From an uncultured bacterium (GTDB taxonomy: Bacteria > UBP4 > UBA4092): a stretch of DNA of 64,000 bases. Below are positions 10,292-20,595 of this stretch, piece by piece. The position numbers and the translations under genes are program-made. Every line of letters starts with the position of its first letter. Positions within the stretch are counted from its first letter, which is position 1. Location: positions 1 through 64,000 of the forward strand of contig CAZXWN010000011.1 of NCBI GenBank assembly GCA_964644695.1, read 5' to 3'. The notes under the pieces were generated by a model, which did no database searches, was not told the DNA's origin, and worked only from the letters and a program-made list of their open reading frames with translations.

Positions 10292-10762
10292 ATGCCTAAG
10301 ATAACCAAAGCAGATATTGACCATTTTCTGGAGGGGCGGCGAATCGCCGTTATTGGTGTTTCACGCAAGGAAAAAGAATATTCCCGTCTCCTTTTTCGGG
10401 AACTCCTGAAACATGGGTATGATGCAATACCCGTCCATCCTGAAGCAACGGGGTTCGATGGAAAAACCTGCTATAAATCTGTTAAGGATATCAGTCCCGC
10501 ACCTGAACGCGCCTTGATTATTCTTCCTGAAGACAAAACAGAACAGGCTGTTCTGGATTGTGTCGCCGCCGGGATAAAGGAAGTCTGGCTCCATCGTCAA
10601 ATCGGTTCAGGAGTATCCGATACCCGGGCCATCTACCAGGCGGAAGTACACGGGATTCATCTCATCACCGGATATTGCCTGTTCATGTTCCTGCCGAAAT
10701 CGTCTTTCATCCACAAATTCCACGGACGGCTGCTGAAGATGTTCGGTTCATATCCCAAATAA
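10292..10762 (+). CDS. CoA-binding domain protein
   Basis: IAVIGVSR, YDAIPVHP, CYKSVKD, GIKEVWLH, C-terminal CLFM. Confidence 0.85.
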   Translation: MPKITKADIDHFLEGRRIAVIGVSRKEKEYSRLLFRELLKHGYDAIPVHPEATGFDGKTCYKSVKDISPAPERALIILPEDKTEQAVLDCVAAGIKEVWLHRQIGSGVSDTRAIYQAEVHGIHLITGYCLFMFLPKSSFIHKFHGRLLKMFGSYPK

Positions 10763-10904
10763 CCTTGATTGTGATTCACTCCCGGGATAATTCTGCATCA
10801 CGATTCATTATGCAGCAGTAGCCCTTTTATTCAATTTCGATTATCCTATGGGGAGGAATTATTTATCGTCTAAATATGTTTTTATTCTAAAGGTAACGGA
10901 TACA

Positions 10905-11438
10905 ATGTCAGACAACAAACAATACTCACTCGCCACCTTCGCCGGAGGATGTTTCTGGTGCATGGTAGGTCCCTTCGAAGCAGAACCAGGCGTCAAGAAT
11001 GTTGTATCGGGCTATACAGGAGGCCTCGTCGAATCGCCTACGTATGAGCAAATCAATACAGGGGTCACGGGTCACTTCGAAGCCGTACAGATTACTTATG
11101 ACCCAACCGTCATTTCCTATTCACAACTGTTGGATATATTCTGGAGGCAGATTGACCCTACGGATCCAGAAGGTCAGTTTGCGGACCGTGGTCCGGAATA
11201 CAGAACCGCCATCTTCTTTCACAGTGAGGACCAGCGAGTCTCAGCAGAGAATTCCAAACAAGCCCTCCAGGATTCTGGCAAATTCACCAAACCTGTCGCC
11301 ACCCTTATTCTTCCAGCAAAGGAATTTTACCCAGCCGAAGAATATCATCAGGATTACCATCGGAAAAACTATCTACGATATCGGATGTATCGTAATGGCT
11401 CCGGACGGGAAGATTTCCTGAAACAAACCTGGACATAA
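10905..11438 (+). CDS. msrA: Peptide methionine sulfoxide reductase A
   Basis: FAGGCFWC, GYTGG, TGHFEAV, AEEYHQDY; start probably ATG 10905. Confidence 0.95.
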   Translation: MSDNKQYSLATFAGGCFWCMVGPFEAEPGVKNVVSGYTGGLVESPTYEQINTGVTGHFEAVQITYDPTVISYSQLLDIFWRQIDPTDPEGQFADRGPEYRTAIFFHSEDQRVSAENSKQALQDSGKFTKPVATLILPAKEFYPAEEYHQDYHRKNYLRYRMYRNGSGREDFLKQTWT

Positions 11439-11593
11439 TCCGGTAAAAAGGAAATCAGCCAAAGCTCTGATTTATTTACAATTATGTTTTGTCTAAATAT
11501 TTAAGCAGACAGGCTATTGACCCGGGGTTGTTTTGTGGTAGAGTGAAAACTTATTGGGATGAAATATGAAATACATGAGAGGGGTCGGAGGCC

Positions 11594-12166
11594 ATGTATC
11601 CTACCGAAGAACTTCGTCGAGAGCATGAAGACTTTTTGCTCTTAATACAGGTAACAGATCGACTGATAAATGAAATGGAACACCATCAAAACCAAACCCA
11701 AACCTTCTGGGATGTAACAAAGCATTTCCACACTTACGTACGCACTTGCCATTCGGCCAAAGAAACACAATGCCTTTTTCCGCAACTTCAACGCATGGGG
11801 ATTTTGACTCCGGATACTGTTAATTCAGAACATTTCGGACATCAAAAGGGTTTCGGCATGATGCTTCGAATAGAAGACGCACTGCGGAGAGTCATGAGTG
11901 GTGACATGGATTATCTAAATCCGCTGATACATACCACTTTGGCCCACAATCAGTTTATACGCAGTCACATGGCTTTTGAAGAAGAGTTCATTTTCCCTCT
12001 GGCAGAAGAACATTTCACCTCTCGGGACTGGAACGAGGTCACCAATGGATTTGCTGTCATTGAAGGAAAATACAACATCACCGGAGGCCGGAAGGACTTC
12101 ACAGCGTTACTTTCCAGAGTCAAAGAAGAACCTCTTGTGGTGCAGCTGAATCTGGCATCGATATAA
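11594..12166 (+). CDS. Hemerythrin-like (HHE) domain protein
   Basis: LRREH, CHSAKE..LFP, EH, HMAFEEEFIFPLAE. Confidence 0.8.
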   Translation: MYPTEELRREHEDFLLLIQVTDRLINEMEHHQNQTQTFWDVTKHFHTYVRTCHSAKETQCLFPQLQRMGILTPDTVNSEHFGHQKGFGMMLRIEDALRRVMSGDMDYLNPLIHTTLAHNQFIRSHMAFEEEFIFPLAEEHFTSRDWNEVTNGFAVIEGKYNITGGRKDFTALLSRVKEEPLVVQLNLASI

Positions 12167-12170
12167 CAAA

Positions 12171-12659
12171 TCAGTCGGTTAAAGGGGCCGCCGCATCTCC
12201 CAGGTTGGATAACAGTTTATAGGACACAGCCAACCAGTTGACCGGCCCAGGATTTTCCGGCAAAACATCAGGTTGTTCAGTCACAGCCTCCAGGCTTTGT
12301 AAAAATCGAGCAAACAGCAAATAGCCATAAATAACGAATCCGTTATATTCCGGTCCCAATGCTTCCTGTAACCGGGAGTAATTCCACTTCACATCTTGTG
12401 TGGTTCGGTCACGATCCATTCCCTCAATATTTTCATAGACATAAAACACCAGATGTTTATCTCTATCCACATAGACCAGGGGGTTATCTGTCGGGGCTTC
12501 GAATCCGCACTCCGGACATATAATCTGATTTATCTTCCCCGACAGGACTTCTTTCTTCAAATCAGGCTCTCCGGGCACTTCTACGACTCCCCAGAGAACC
12601 ACTGAAAAATGTTTGCCACATTGGGGGCATTCCATCTCGGTTTGTTCCTGAATGGACAT
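12171..12659 (-). CDS. CpXC-domain zinc-ribbon protein
   Basis: CPQCG...CPECG, PLVYVD. Confidence 0.75.
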   Translation of the reverse strand: MSIQEQTEMECPQCGKHFSVVLWGVVEVPGEPDLKKEVLSGKINQIICPECGFEAPTDNPLVYVDRDKHLVFYVYENIEGMDRDRTTQDVKWNYSRLQEALGPEYNGFVIYGYLLFARFLQSLEAVTEQPDVLPENPGPVNWLAVSYKLLSNLGDAAAPLTD

Positions 12660-12795
12660 ATATAATGTTCTCCTTGGTTTACAGTCCTATATCTTTCTGT
12701 AACCCCAAAACATGGATAAAAAGTTTCATCCCTCTAAAAATAAAACCGGAAAGGATTCAAAATCCTTCCCGGTTTGGAATAGAACCGATTCAGTT

Positions 12796-14514
12796 TTACC
12801 AGCGGAAAAATTTAGTTGTGCCGGGGAAATAGGCGTAAGTCACATAATCCTGCATCATACGGTTAGTATTAAAGTAACTGCCATTAATACCAATACAATG
12901 CTGCATGATGTAAATATATTTCTCTCTTACACGGTAATAGGTGGGAATAATATTTTGTTCTAACTGCTGATAAAGGTATTCAGCATCCTGAGCCCTATCC
13001 CGTACCTCAGCCACATCATGACCATCTTTTCCGATGGCCCAGCCTGTCTGACCATCAACAAGCCCTTCCAACCACCAACCATCCAAAGAGGATAAGCTGG
13101 GTACGCCATTGAGTGCCGCTTTCATCCCACTGGTTCCGGAGGCTTCCAGAGGCGGTTGAGGGGTATTCAACCACAGGTCCACACCCGAAGTCATCATTTT
13201 CCCCAACACTATGTCATAGTTTTCCAAATAGGCAATTTTAATTTTCCCTTTTAACTGAGAAATATTCTGGAAAATTCTCTGAATCAAAGCTTTTCCATCT
13301 GTGTCGCGGGGATGAGCTTTCCCAGCAAAGATAAGTTGGATAGGGCCAACCTCTTTGACGATTTTTAACAACCGTGCCGTATCATGAAAAATCAAATCCG
13401 CCCGTTTATACGCCGCAGCCCGCCGGGCAAATCCAATCGTAAACACATCGACATCCAGGTTCGCCCCTGTCTTACGATTCGCATAATCTATCAATTCCTG
13501 TTTACTGATTTGATGTGCTTCCCAGATTTTATCTTTGGGAATAGAGGCTGTTTTCCGGAATAAATAGGGATCCTGCCTCCATCCGGGAAGATACTCATCA
13601 TAGACTTTTGCCAGGGAATCACTGGCCCAGAATGCATGATGGATTCCATTAGTAATTGCTTGAATATCCGGCGTATTAAACATTTTCCGGGATATCTCTG
13701 CATGTTTACGGGCCACCCCATTTACAAAGCGTGAACACCGTAACGCCAGATGTGTCATATTTAGTTCACCTTGGCATTCCAACACTTTAGTCACTTGATG
13801 GATTCGTTCCGGCCTCAAAGCACGAGTCACCATATCAATGGGGAATCGGTCATGGCCTGCCGGAACGGGAGTGTGGGTAGTAAACACACAATGGCGGCGG
13901 ACAAAATCGATATCCTCTTCTTCTGGGGTAGTCCTGCCCACATGGTTCAAACGCTCATTCAATATTTCCAGAGTTAAAAATGCAGCATGGCCTTCATTCA
14001 TATGGAATGTTTCCAAATGTGAATACCCAAGCGCTCGGAGAAGTTTCACACCACCAACACCCAAAATCCATTCCTGACATAATCGGTAATGGTTATCACC
14101 ACCATAAAGGTAGTGACATAACTCACGGTCAGAAGGTGTATTTTCAATCAAGTCTGAATCAATAAAGAAGATGGGAACGATTCCACCGGAAGCACCTTCC
14201 ACCTCATATTTCCAGGCTCTCAGATGAACGATTCTGCCATCCAGCGAGACAGCCACACGGGCCGGCATTTCCTGTAAATAAGTGTTGATTGGCCAATCTG
14301 CCGGTTCCTCGGTCTGTTTTCCCTGCGCATCTAGTTTTTGCAAAAAACACCCGCGGCGATGAATCAGACACATGGCGACCATGGGTAAATTCATATCGGC
14401 TGCAGAACGAATCGTGTCACCTGCCAGGATACCTAATCCGCCGCTGTATGTCGGCATTTCGGGTCTAATTCCTATCTCCATGGAGAAATAGGCTATGGTT
14501 TTAGTTTGAGACAT
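12796..14514 (-). CDS. glgP: Alpha-glucan phosphorylase (short type)
   Basis: AYFSMEIG, YSGGLGILAGD, HMNEGH, FARRAAAYKR, PLP-lysine motif EASGTSGMK. Confidence 0.93.
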   Translation of the reverse strand: MSQTKTIAYFSMEIGIRPEMPTYSGGLGILAGDTIRSAADMNLPMVAMCLIHRRGCFLQKLDAQGKQTEEPADWPINTYLQEMPARVAVSLDGRIVHLRAWKYEVEGASGGIVPIFFIDSDLIENTPSDRELCHYLYGGDNHYRLCQEWILGVGGVKLLRALGYSHLETFHMNEGHAAFLTLEILNERLNHVGRTTPEEEDIDFVRRHCVFTTHTPVPAGHDRFPIDMVTRALRPERIHQVTKVLECQGELNMTHLALRCSRFVNGVARKHAEISRKMFNTPDIQAITNGIHHAFWASDSLAKVYDEYLPGWRQDPYLFRKTASIPKDKIWEAHQISKQELIDYANRKTGANLDVDVFTIGFARRAAAYKRADLIFHDTARLLKIVKEVGPIQLIFAGKAHPRDTDGKALIQRIFQNISQLKGKIKIAYLENYDIVLGKMMTSGVDLWLNTPQPPLEASGTSGMKAALNGVPSLSSLDGWWLEGLVDGQTGWAIGKDGHDVAEVRDRAQDAEYLYQQLEQNIIPTYYRVREKYIYIMQHCIGINGSYFNTNRMMQDYVTYAYFPGTTKFFRW

Positions 14515-14753
14515 GTTGGCCCCTTCTATGCTTGTTTCTCTATACCTACTTTTTCATAATATCGGATTAATGGGCTCGGGGCTAGTCCTTTATCATGAAA
14601 CATACTTTTGGGGAGTCGGATTAAATTCCTTGACACAGGGGAATATGTGTAGTTGCGTTAAAAACGGGTCAGTGCTAGTATTTCTTGAACTTTGAGCGGG
14701 AATCTATGATTCCCCCTTTTTTATCTTAATTTTATATCAGGAGCGATAGACCC

Positions 14754-16259
14754 ATGAAAGACCCTCGTATGGATCTGAACCCAAATCCATTGGTTCAGCA
14801 TCTCAACAAATTACCCGATGATTTTACCCGGGAAGACATTATTCGTTTTGTCCGGGAAAATAACATCCAGCAAGTCAATTTCCGTTATATGGCCGCGGAC
14901 GGAAAACTCAAAACCCTCGCCTTTGTGGTCTCCAGCTATGCCATGCTTGAAAGAATTCTGGCGGCGGGCGAACGGGTGGACGGTTCCAGTCTGTTCCCTT
15001 ACATTGATGCAAGTTCTTCCGATTTGTATGTACTCCCCCGATTCAAAACCGCATTTTTAAATCCATTCTCAGAAATACCCGCCATTGATATCCTTTGCTC
15101 TTATTTCAATAACAAAGGTCTGCCGCTGGAGAGCTCTCCGGAAAACACCTTACGCAAAGCTCATCAGGCCCTCAAAGACAAAACCGGTTTATCCATGCAC
15201 GCCATGGGCGAACTTGAATATTATGTGTTCTACGATAAAGAAGCCCTTTATCCTGGGGTCCCCCAAAAGGGTTATCATGAATCTGCCCCGTATGTTAAGT
15301 GGGATTTCCTCCGAGATGAAGCCATGCTGCACCTGGCCAAAGCCGGATGCCTCACCAAGTACGGACATGCTGAAGTCGGTAATATCCGCGGTGAAGAACA
15401 AGGCATGGAACAATATGAAATTGAAATGTACCCCGTTCCTCTCGAAGAAGCCGCTGACCAGGTTGCTTTGGCCAAATGGATGCTCCGTATGACGGGTTAT
15501 CAATATGGCGTTAATGTTTCCTTTGCTCCGAAAGTTATTGTGGGTCATGCCGGCAGTGGTCTCCATGTCCACATGAAACTGATGAAAGATGATAAGTCCG
15601 TAATGATTAAGGACAATAAACTTTCTGATGAAGCACGAAAAGGTATCGCCGGTGTCATGAAGCTGGCCGGTTCCTTGACCGCCTTCGGAAACACCAACCC
15701 TGTTTCTTATCTTCGGTTAGTTCCACATCAGGAAGCTCCGACCAATGTATGTTGGGGTGACCGGAATCGTTCGGTGTTAGTCCGTGTCCCACTGGGATGG
15801 GTCAATGTCGGCAATATGTCTCATGTCATTAATCCGAATGATAAGTCCCCTGAAGTGAAGATTGAAGAAAATCAGACCTTCGAATTCCGTGCGCCAGATG
15901 GTTCCGCAGATATTTACCTGACCATGGCTGGTCTGGCTGTCGCCGCCCGCAAAGGTCTGGAAATGCCCGATGCCCTCAAGGTTGCAGAAGACCTGTATGT
16001 TGATGTCAACATCTTCAGTGACGAAAACAAGAAAATCCAGGAAAAACTTCCGCAACTGCCGACCAGCTGTTACGAATCCGCCGAACGCCTCATCAATGAC
16101 CGTGCCGATTATGAACAGTATGGCGTTTTCTCACCCGGATTGATCGATGGTACCGCCAAGAAACTGAAATCCTTTGATGATAAGGATTTGTCTGAGAAAC
16201 TGTACGGAAAGAATGACCTCATCAAGAAACTTGTTGATGAAAACATGCACTGTTCTTAA
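14754..16259 (+). CDS. glnA: Glutamine synthetase (type I-like)
   Basis: DGSS, GELEYY, HAEVG, GSGLHVH, RLVPHQEAP, NRSVLVRVP, EFRAPD. Confidence 0.88.
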   Translation: MKDPRMDLNPNPLVQHLNKLPDDFTREDIIRFVRENNIQQVNFRYMAADGKLKTLAFVVSSYAMLERILAAGERVDGSSLFPYIDASSSDLYVLPRFKTAFLNPFSEIPAIDILCSYFNNKGLPLESSPENTLRKAHQALKDKTGLSMHAMGELEYYVFYDKEALYPGVPQKGYHESAPYVKWDFLRDEAMLHLAKAGCLTKYGHAEVGNIRGEEQGMEQYEIEMYPVPLEEAADQVALAKWMLRMTGYQYGVNVSFAPKVIVGHAGSGLHVHMKLMKDDKSVMIKDNKLSDEARKGIAGVMKLAGSLTAFGNTNPVSYLRLVPHQEAPTNVCWGDRNRSVLVRVPLGWVNVGNMSHVINPNDKSPEVKIEENQTFEFRAPDGSADIYLTMAGLAVAARKGLEMPDALKVAEDLYVDVNIFSDENKKIQEKLPQLPTSCYESAERLINDRADYEQYGVFSPGLIDGTAKKLKSFDDKDLSEKLYGKNDLIKKLVDENMHCS

Positions 16260-16302
16260 TCAATCCTGTTTATTTTTTGTAGGATTGCAGGAATAGAAAA
16301 TC

Positions 16303-16336
16303 AAAACCCCGGACTCACTGAGAGTCCGGGGTTTTT
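16303..16336. terminator. Bidirectional Rho-independent terminator
   Basis: aaaaccccggactc actga gagtccggggttttt between convergent genes. Confidence 0.85.
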
Positions 16337-16351
16337 GTTTCAAGTCAGTTT

Positions 16352-17119
16352 TCAGGAAAGATGTTTCTGTTCAATACCTTCAATGGCGGCCGGCAGTTCC
16401 CGGAAATCGCGAATGATGGCATCGGGCCGTTGGGTAAATCCTTCCGGAATGGTCAGGACTTCCGCCCGTTCAAAAGGGGTCATTTCCAGAGAACATTCTT
16501 TCGGCATCGTAATCGGTATCCAAACCGCACGGAAACCCAATTTCATTGGGTCTTCGACATCAGCATCATACTGGTCACCAATAGTGATTTGGAGTTTAGA
16601 ATCTTCCAGAGCACCCTGGTAAAACTCCGGGCATCCCTTCAGACAACCCACTTTATCCGGAGTAATCACTCCATCAAAATACTGAAGTAATCCCAGAGCT
16701 TCCACACTGGGTCTTTGGTACGGCCAGTGTCCATTTGTCCCAATGACCATCCGGTACCGATTACTCTGGCGTAAAGTCGCCAACCCATCCCGAACATGGT
16801 CAAATATTCTTAAATAGGGAGGATGTGCACCTTCAGCAATCAGAGAAGCAATATCCCATTCAAAAGGAACATTGTACTTTTTGGCAACCCGGGTAACAAG
16901 GTCGTCCCAGTCAAAGGATTCTACCTTCTTTTCCCGGTACCGGGGACGAAGGATGGAATTTATCTCATCCCAGAGTTTTTCATCGGTTAATTCAGGATGA
17001 AACTCCCGGAAATGATTAAATATCTTGGGAAACACCCAGTCAACCATGGGATTTCGCATACAAGTGTCATCAAGGTCAAAAAATAGTAAGGTAGGCTTCA
17101 TAAAGTTATATTTTATCAT
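16352..17119 (-). CDS. HAD-family hydrolase
   Basis: FDLDDT, GTNG, K, IGDQYDADV motifs. Confidence 0.88.
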   Translation of the reverse strand: MIKYNFMKPTLLFFDLDDTCMRNPMVDWVFPKIFNHFREFHPELTDEKLWDEINSILRPRYREKKVESFDWDDLVTRVAKKYNVPFEWDIASLIAEGAHPPYLRIFDHVRDGLATLRQSNRYRMVIGTNGHWPYQRPSVEALGLLQYFDGVITPDKVGCLKGCPEFYQGALEDSKLQITIGDQYDADVEDPMKLGFRAVWIPITMPKECSLEMTPFERAEVLTIPEGFTQRPDAIIRDFRELPAAIEGIEQKHLS

Positions 17120-17217
17120 ATCCCCAGATCCCTCCCATCAATGACCCCGAACCGTTTTCCCTGTCCACACCGTTCGATTTCATACCGAATTTGTATCCAA
17201 CTTCATCTCTCTCAATG

Positions 17218-17263
17218 ACGAAGAAGGTACGAAGCAGGTCCGAGCAAGTCCGTGGATTGTTCG
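17218..17263 (+). repeat. 46-bp palindromic repeat, degenerate copy E
   Basis: ACGAAGAAGGTACGAAGCAGGTCCGAGCAAGTCCGTGGATTGTTCG aligns without gaps to the other copies. Confidence 0.65.
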
Positions 17264-17485
17264 TTTATTGCGCAGACAAAATCCCGATTTATCTCATCAT
17301 TTTTACAGACTAAACTCAGGAAAAAGAGGTATCTGTTTGGAATATCGAAAGGAAGGAAATTTATCCAAAAATCACATTAACACCCATTATTAATAAAGAG
17401 TATCCAGATGTTTCATTTATTTTTCCCAGACACTGGTATAAAATCTAGGGATTATTGTATATCTTTGTTTAAGGAGTGTATTACA

Positions 17486-18475
17486 GTGGCAAGTTCATAT
17501 TATATTGGGATAGACGGAGGCGGTACCAAGACTTATGGGATTATCGCCGATGAAAAAGGAAACATGCTGGCATCCGCCCGGAGAGATTCAAGTAATTACC
17601 TTCAGGTCGGAATCGATAAAGCCAGAGAGAACATGATTGGCATGATCAAGGAACTCTGCCAGTCCCAATCTATTGACATGGTTTCAGTGGATTACATCTT
17701 TTTTGGGTTAGCTGGTGCCGGTCGAGCCGATGACCAGGCAACCATCAGCGCCGCATTGATTGAAGGTGGTCTTCGCGAACCCCAGTTCTCAGTAACGGCA
17801 GATTTTACAACCGCTCTGGCCAGTGGCACTTTCGGTGAACCGGGAGTTATTGTTATTTCCGGAACCGGGTCCGTCTGTTTTGCATTAGCTGCTGATGGAC
17901 ACCAGGAAAGAACCGGCGGCTGGGGCACCTTACTGGCTGATGAAGGCTCTGGCTATGACTTCGGACGAGAGGCTTGCCGGGCCGTCATGCGTGCCTTTGA
18001 TGGTCGTGGTCCTGCCACCTTAATGACGGATAAGATTCTTGCAAAGCTCAATCTCGACAGTCCGTTAAGTCTTGTAAAATGGTCCCTGACTGAAGGCATG
18101 CAGAAAGATAATGTTGCCGCACTGTCCCCCTGTGTATTTGAAGCCCTCAACGAAGGTGACTTGGTGGCAGAAAAAATAATAAACAAATCCATTGATAGTA
18201 TGGCAGAAATGGTGCGTGCCGTTGCCCGGAAACTGGATATTACAGAAGACTCTTTCCGAATTGTTCTGGCGGGTGGAAACTTTGCTCATCAACCGTATCT
18301 GGTCTCCACGCTCCAGGAAAAAATCTCGGGATTCTGTCCAAAGGCCGAAGCCGTCTTACCGAAATATGAACCCATCGTCGGCGGTGTCATCATGGCATTA
18401 AGAAACTCCGGGATTGAAATCACTCCGGAAGTCCTGGCCAATTTAGACAAGACCTGGCCGGCCATGAGTTTTTAA
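17486..18475 (+). CDS. BadF/BadG-family N-acetylglucosamine/MurNAc kinase
   Basis: GIDGGGTKT, GLAGAG, ISGTGS, GGWG.LL.DEGSGY; GTG start after AAGGAG. Confidence 0.88.
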   Translation: MASSYYIGIDGGGTKTYGIIADEKGNMLASARRDSSNYLQVGIDKARENMIGMIKELCQSQSIDMVSVDYIFFGLAGAGRADDQATISAALIEGGLREPQFSVTADFTTALASGTFGEPGVIVISGTGSVCFALAADGHQERTGGWGTLLADEGSGYDFGREACRAVMRAFDGRGPATLMTDKILAKLNLDSPLSLVKWSLTEGMQKDNVAALSPCVFEALNEGDLVAEKIINKSIDSMAEMVRAVARKLDITEDSFRIVLAGGNFAHQPYLVSTLQEKISGFCPKAEAVLPKYEPIVGGVIMALRNSGIEITPEVLANLDKTWPAMSF

Positions 18476-18494
18476 ATCACAGGAGATTTGATTC

Positions 18495-19802
18495 ATGCCT
18501 CCCCTAAAAAAAGAACCCGTCATCCGGGTCGGAGTTATCCACGAAAAGAAACTCGTCGAGTTCAGTCTCGACCAGCCTTTTAACCTGGTCCCGGAAGTCG
18601 GAGAACCTCTGGAAATCATACCCGTAGGTACTCAGAAATTCCGGTTTACAGCCGATGAAGACAACTTGATTGTTGAATCATTTGAACTCGGATATAAGGC
18701 TCACTTTCCACATTGCGAATTTGTTCGTGTAGAACCTCTCCAACCGGAAACGGCCATCTTCACTGTCCATAACTGTACCATCGGCATCAGTTTCCACTGG
18801 CAGCGGGACCATGACCACGATTATCCCTTCTTATTGGAAATTCACAGGTCCAGCGGAAATACCTTATGGGCCATCAATGAAGTCCCCGTTGAACTTTATC
18901 TGGAATCCGTTATCTCCTCGGAAATGTCAGGGAAAAGTCCCACTGAACTTCTGAAAGCCCATACCATCATTGCGCGAAGCTGGTTGATTGCTCAAATGGC
19001 CAAACCTCCCCATCATAACTTCCTGGTATGCCACGATGACCATTGCCAAAGATATTATGGTCTTCAGCGCCGGGAACCTGCGGCCATGGAGGCAGTGAAA
19101 GCCACGCGGGGTGAAGTCCTCACTTACCAAAACGAAATTGCTGATACCCGGTATGCAAAAATCTGCGGCGGCGTTTCTGAGAACTTTGAGAATTGCTGGC
19201 CAGAGAGTGTCGTTCCCTATTGTCATTCCGTTGTGGACGAAGCTCCGGGAGATAATAAAACTTGTCCCGACTTAACCAAGGAAGAGAATGTCCGGGAGTG
19301 GGTCATGTCCCGTCCCAACTCTTTCTGTAATGCCACCCCGGAAGAACGGGCTGCTGTCCTGAATGAATTTGACAGTGAGATTCCCTCCCTCTATCGGTGG
19401 GTCGTCACTTTCACCAATCAGGAAGTCACAGCACTCATTGAACGCAAATCCGGGAAACGCATCGGGAAACTTAAATCAATGGTTCCTCTGCGGCGTGGAC
19501 CTTCAGGCCGTATCATTGAAATGGATTTCATAGGCACTGATGGAACCATTCGATTAGATGATCAGTTAGAGATTCGGCGGCACCTGTCCACATCTCATCT
19601 GTATTCTTCCTGTTTCGTCGTCGATACAGAAGGAGATTTGGGTAATGGTGTTCCAGAGAAGTTTATTCTCCACGGAGGAGGATGGGGGCATGGAGTTGGG
19701 TTGTGCCAGGAAGGCGCAGCCATTATGGCCACAAGAGGCTACTCTTATCAACAAATCCTGTTCCACTATTATCAGGGTACTGAACTGACCCGATGGTGGT
19801 AA
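18495..19802 (+). CDS. SpoIID/LytB-domain lytic transglycosylase
   Basis: INEVPVELYLESVISSEM, LKAHTIIARS, CQRYYG, GGGWGHGVGLCQEGA, ILFHYY. Confidence 0.9.
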   Translation: MPPLKKEPVIRVGVIHEKKLVEFSLDQPFNLVPEVGEPLEIIPVGTQKFRFTADEDNLIVESFELGYKAHFPHCEFVRVEPLQPETAIFTVHNCTIGISFHWQRDHDHDYPFLLEIHRSSGNTLWAINEVPVELYLESVISSEMSGKSPTELLKAHTIIARSWLIAQMAKPPHHNFLVCHDDHCQRYYGLQRREPAAMEAVKATRGEVLTYQNEIADTRYAKICGGVSENFENCWPESVVPYCHSVVDEAPGDNKTCPDLTKEENVREWVMSRPNSFCNATPEERAAVLNEFDSEIPSLYRWVVTFTNQEVTALIERKSGKRIGKLKSMVPLRRGPSGRIIEMDFIGTDGTIRLDDQLEIRRHLSTSHLYSSCFVVDTEGDLGNGVPEKFILHGGGWGHGVGLCQEGAAIMATRGYSYQQILFHYYQGTELTRWW

Positions 19803-19826
19803 GTCTCCTATCATCTTTTATCTATC

Positions 19827-20540
19827 ATGAAACTTCAACGAAAAGCGGGCCTGTCGAACTCACAATTCTCAAGCCCGCTTTCCATACCTGAGCCACCGCG
19901 TACAGTCATCCTGTTACATGGTATCGGACATAGCCGTTACATGATGGCCACTTTAGATTACAGGCTCCGGCAAACAGGCTTCAAAACTGTCAATATTTCT
20001 TATCCTTCCCGGAAATTAACCATTGCCGAATGTGCTGAGTTCATCCATCAATACCTGGCAGAATATCCTCCACATTCCCTGGATTTCGTAACCCACAGTA
20101 TGGGAGGTCTCATCCTGAGGTCCTATATCCAGCAATTTGGTGAATCACAAATCCATCGAATCGTCTTTATTGGAACACCTCATCAGGGGTCATCTTTCGC
20201 CCGTCGTATCAAAGGTGTTGTCGGTTGGTATTTCGGTCCGTCATTTACTGAACTGGCTGATGCAAACTATGTAAGAACTCTCCCCACCCCTAAAGCAAAC
20301 TTTATTAATATCCTGGGCCGAAACCACACCCATATAGGTTTCAATCCCCTGATTCCCGGCGATAACGATTTCTGCGTGGCAGTCCATGAGGGAGAACTCC
20401 CCGGTGCGTCATATACCCTTTTCTGCCGATTGCCTCATGCACTGCTTCCCCAAAGCCCATGGGTCTTTCGACAAACACGGGACTTCCTGTTAGGCGTCTC
20501 CTCTGAATGCCGGCAGAGCATCTCCGTCCCCATACAGTAA
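19827..20540 (+). CDS. Alpha/beta hydrolase (lipase/esterase-like)
   Basis: ILLHG, THSMGG nucleophile elbow, GTPHQGS, ND, H. Confidence 0.85.
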   Translation: MKLQRKAGLSNSQFSSPLSIPEPPRTVILLHGIGHSRYMMATLDYRLRQTGFKTVNISYPSRKLTIAECAEFIHQYLAEYPPHSLDFVTHSMGGLILRSYIQQFGESQIHRIVFIGTPHQGSSFARRIKGVVGWYFGPSFTELADANYVRTLPTPKANFINILGRNHTHIGFNPLIPGDNDFCVAVHEGELPGASYTLFCRLPHALLPQSPWVFRQTRDFLLGVSSECRQSISVPIQ

Positions 20541-20595
20541 ACCCTGTCCAGTGCGAGCGTTAACCCTTTAGTTCCTTGTGATATAGTTTAGTTTA

